A stretch of 63,637 nucleotides of DNA, counting the filler, from Reticulomyxa filosa (Eukaryota; Protista; Foraminifera): the NCBI GenBank assembly GCA_000512085.1. It is 22 parts of 22 records of this genome, joined end to end, with 100 filler letters (N's around TTAATTAATTAA, not from the genome) between each part and the next. Parts side by side here need not be neighbours in the genome. Positions count along the whole stretch, not along the records: positions 62,627 to 63,637 come from ASPP01039499.1; 21 more parts are not named here. One strand, written 5' to 3'. The translations under genes and the position numbers were made by a program. Shown in pieces: positions 62,527-63,637 of this stretch. Every line of letters starts with the position of its first letter. Within the stretch, counting starts at the first letter, position 1. Under the pieces are notes generated by a model. It was not told the DNA's origin and did not search any database. It saw only the letters and a list, made by a program, of their open reading frames with translations.

Positions 62527-63637
62527 NNNNNNNNNNNNNNNNNNNNNNNNNNNNNNNNNNNNNNNNNNNNTTAATTAATTAANNNNNNNNNNNNNNNNNN
62601 NNNNNNNNNNNNNNNNNNNNNNNNNNGTGCGAATTGTTGTTCTTTTGATTTTTGTTTTAATGATTATTTTGATCTTCTCCTCAGCTCACTTGATATCTTG
62701 TCCAAATTATAATCATCGGCAAAAAATTTTTGAACTAATATTTTAGATCTAAAAGAAAGTGCGTAGGCTGTGCGAAAATAGAAATTGATTTTTGCCTCTT
62801 TCCTGGCAAAAAAGACCTCGAGTAGTGTCCTCTTGCCATCATGTAGAAGTAGATGATAAGAAGAATAACGTATAACAGAAAGGAACGTATGCGACAAAGA
62901 TATTTTAAACACGATGCCAGAATAGTGCATTAAGGAAAAAAAAGAATCAAAAGCATGACGAAAGTAGTAATATATTAATCTGTATCGTCATCAGGCCACA
63001 TCATTCGGAAGTACAACATTATTTCTTGATTTTTTTACAAACATTTTTTTTGTTTTCCTTCCTTGCAATACATGATCAATGTTAACAGATTTTAGTTTGA
63101 TACAACCAAGCGTGCTTCTCACAACAACGTGTCCCAATTACATTACCAACAAATATTGGTGATGATGAATTCGATAAATTGCTCATTGAAGTAGGCCAAT
63201 ATATTGGTTAGTGGTGGATAATATATTTTTTATACATTTTTTCACTGTACACAATACTGTAAAGAATTTTGTGGTGTATTGAGGTGGCGTGAAGGAGTCA
63301 TGACAGAGATTAAGACACTCCCTACGCGCGAGGTTGTTGTGTTAAGATTTACCAACACTATCAATCTGCTCGCTTAACGGTCCATACGACGGATTAACTC
63401 GGGTGTCACTGTGAGATTGAGTGCATTCATGTGTAGAAGCAGCATTTGCGTTTGCTGCTCCTAATGTCAATGGATTGTCTTGATACTTGTTATTACTTTC
63501 AGACAAATGCACATTCATCCTCTGAGATTTATTTACCACCACTATTTCTTCTATATAATCAATTCTCCCCAGTGATCAATATATTTTTCAGAGGAACTCG
63601 TATCTATAAACTTTTTCACCAACAAATAAACAATGCA

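Overview
This window is not one locus. It is 22 short, unrelated contigs joined by an artificial 100-nt spacer (N44-TTAATTAATTAA-N44). Twenty-one are AT-rich eukaryotic DNA, mostly with introns. Their expanded WD40, Kelch-like, TPR, NACHT and RING families point to a foraminiferan such as Reticulomyxa filosa; this is inferred from family style, not from a search. One contig (26188-28123) is a GC-rich bacterial ileS-lspA fragment. Recognisable host genes are a CAX Ca2+/H+ exchanger, CDC20, UBA3, a UBR-type E3 ligase, RPN13/ADRM1, a CDKAL1-like enzyme, a FAM135-like hydrolase, an M20D amidohydrolase and an MFS transporter, plus many pseudogenes. Many single-base frameshifts sit in homopolymers and are probably sequencing errors. 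The most interesting signal is a small dispersed element of about 210-280 bp found on three contigs. It has TG..CA-type ends and 4-bp target-site duplications, and one copy carries a near-complete type III hammerhead ribozyme fold, which suggests a retrozyme-like solo LTR. Other leads are a 34-aa phase-0 exon shared by the WD40 N-terminus and the Kelch C-terminus, a PD-(D/E)xK nuclease-like gene whose internal stops are all TAG, a catalytically dead katanin/VPS4-like AAA protein, and a GC-rich hairpin ncRNA candidate.
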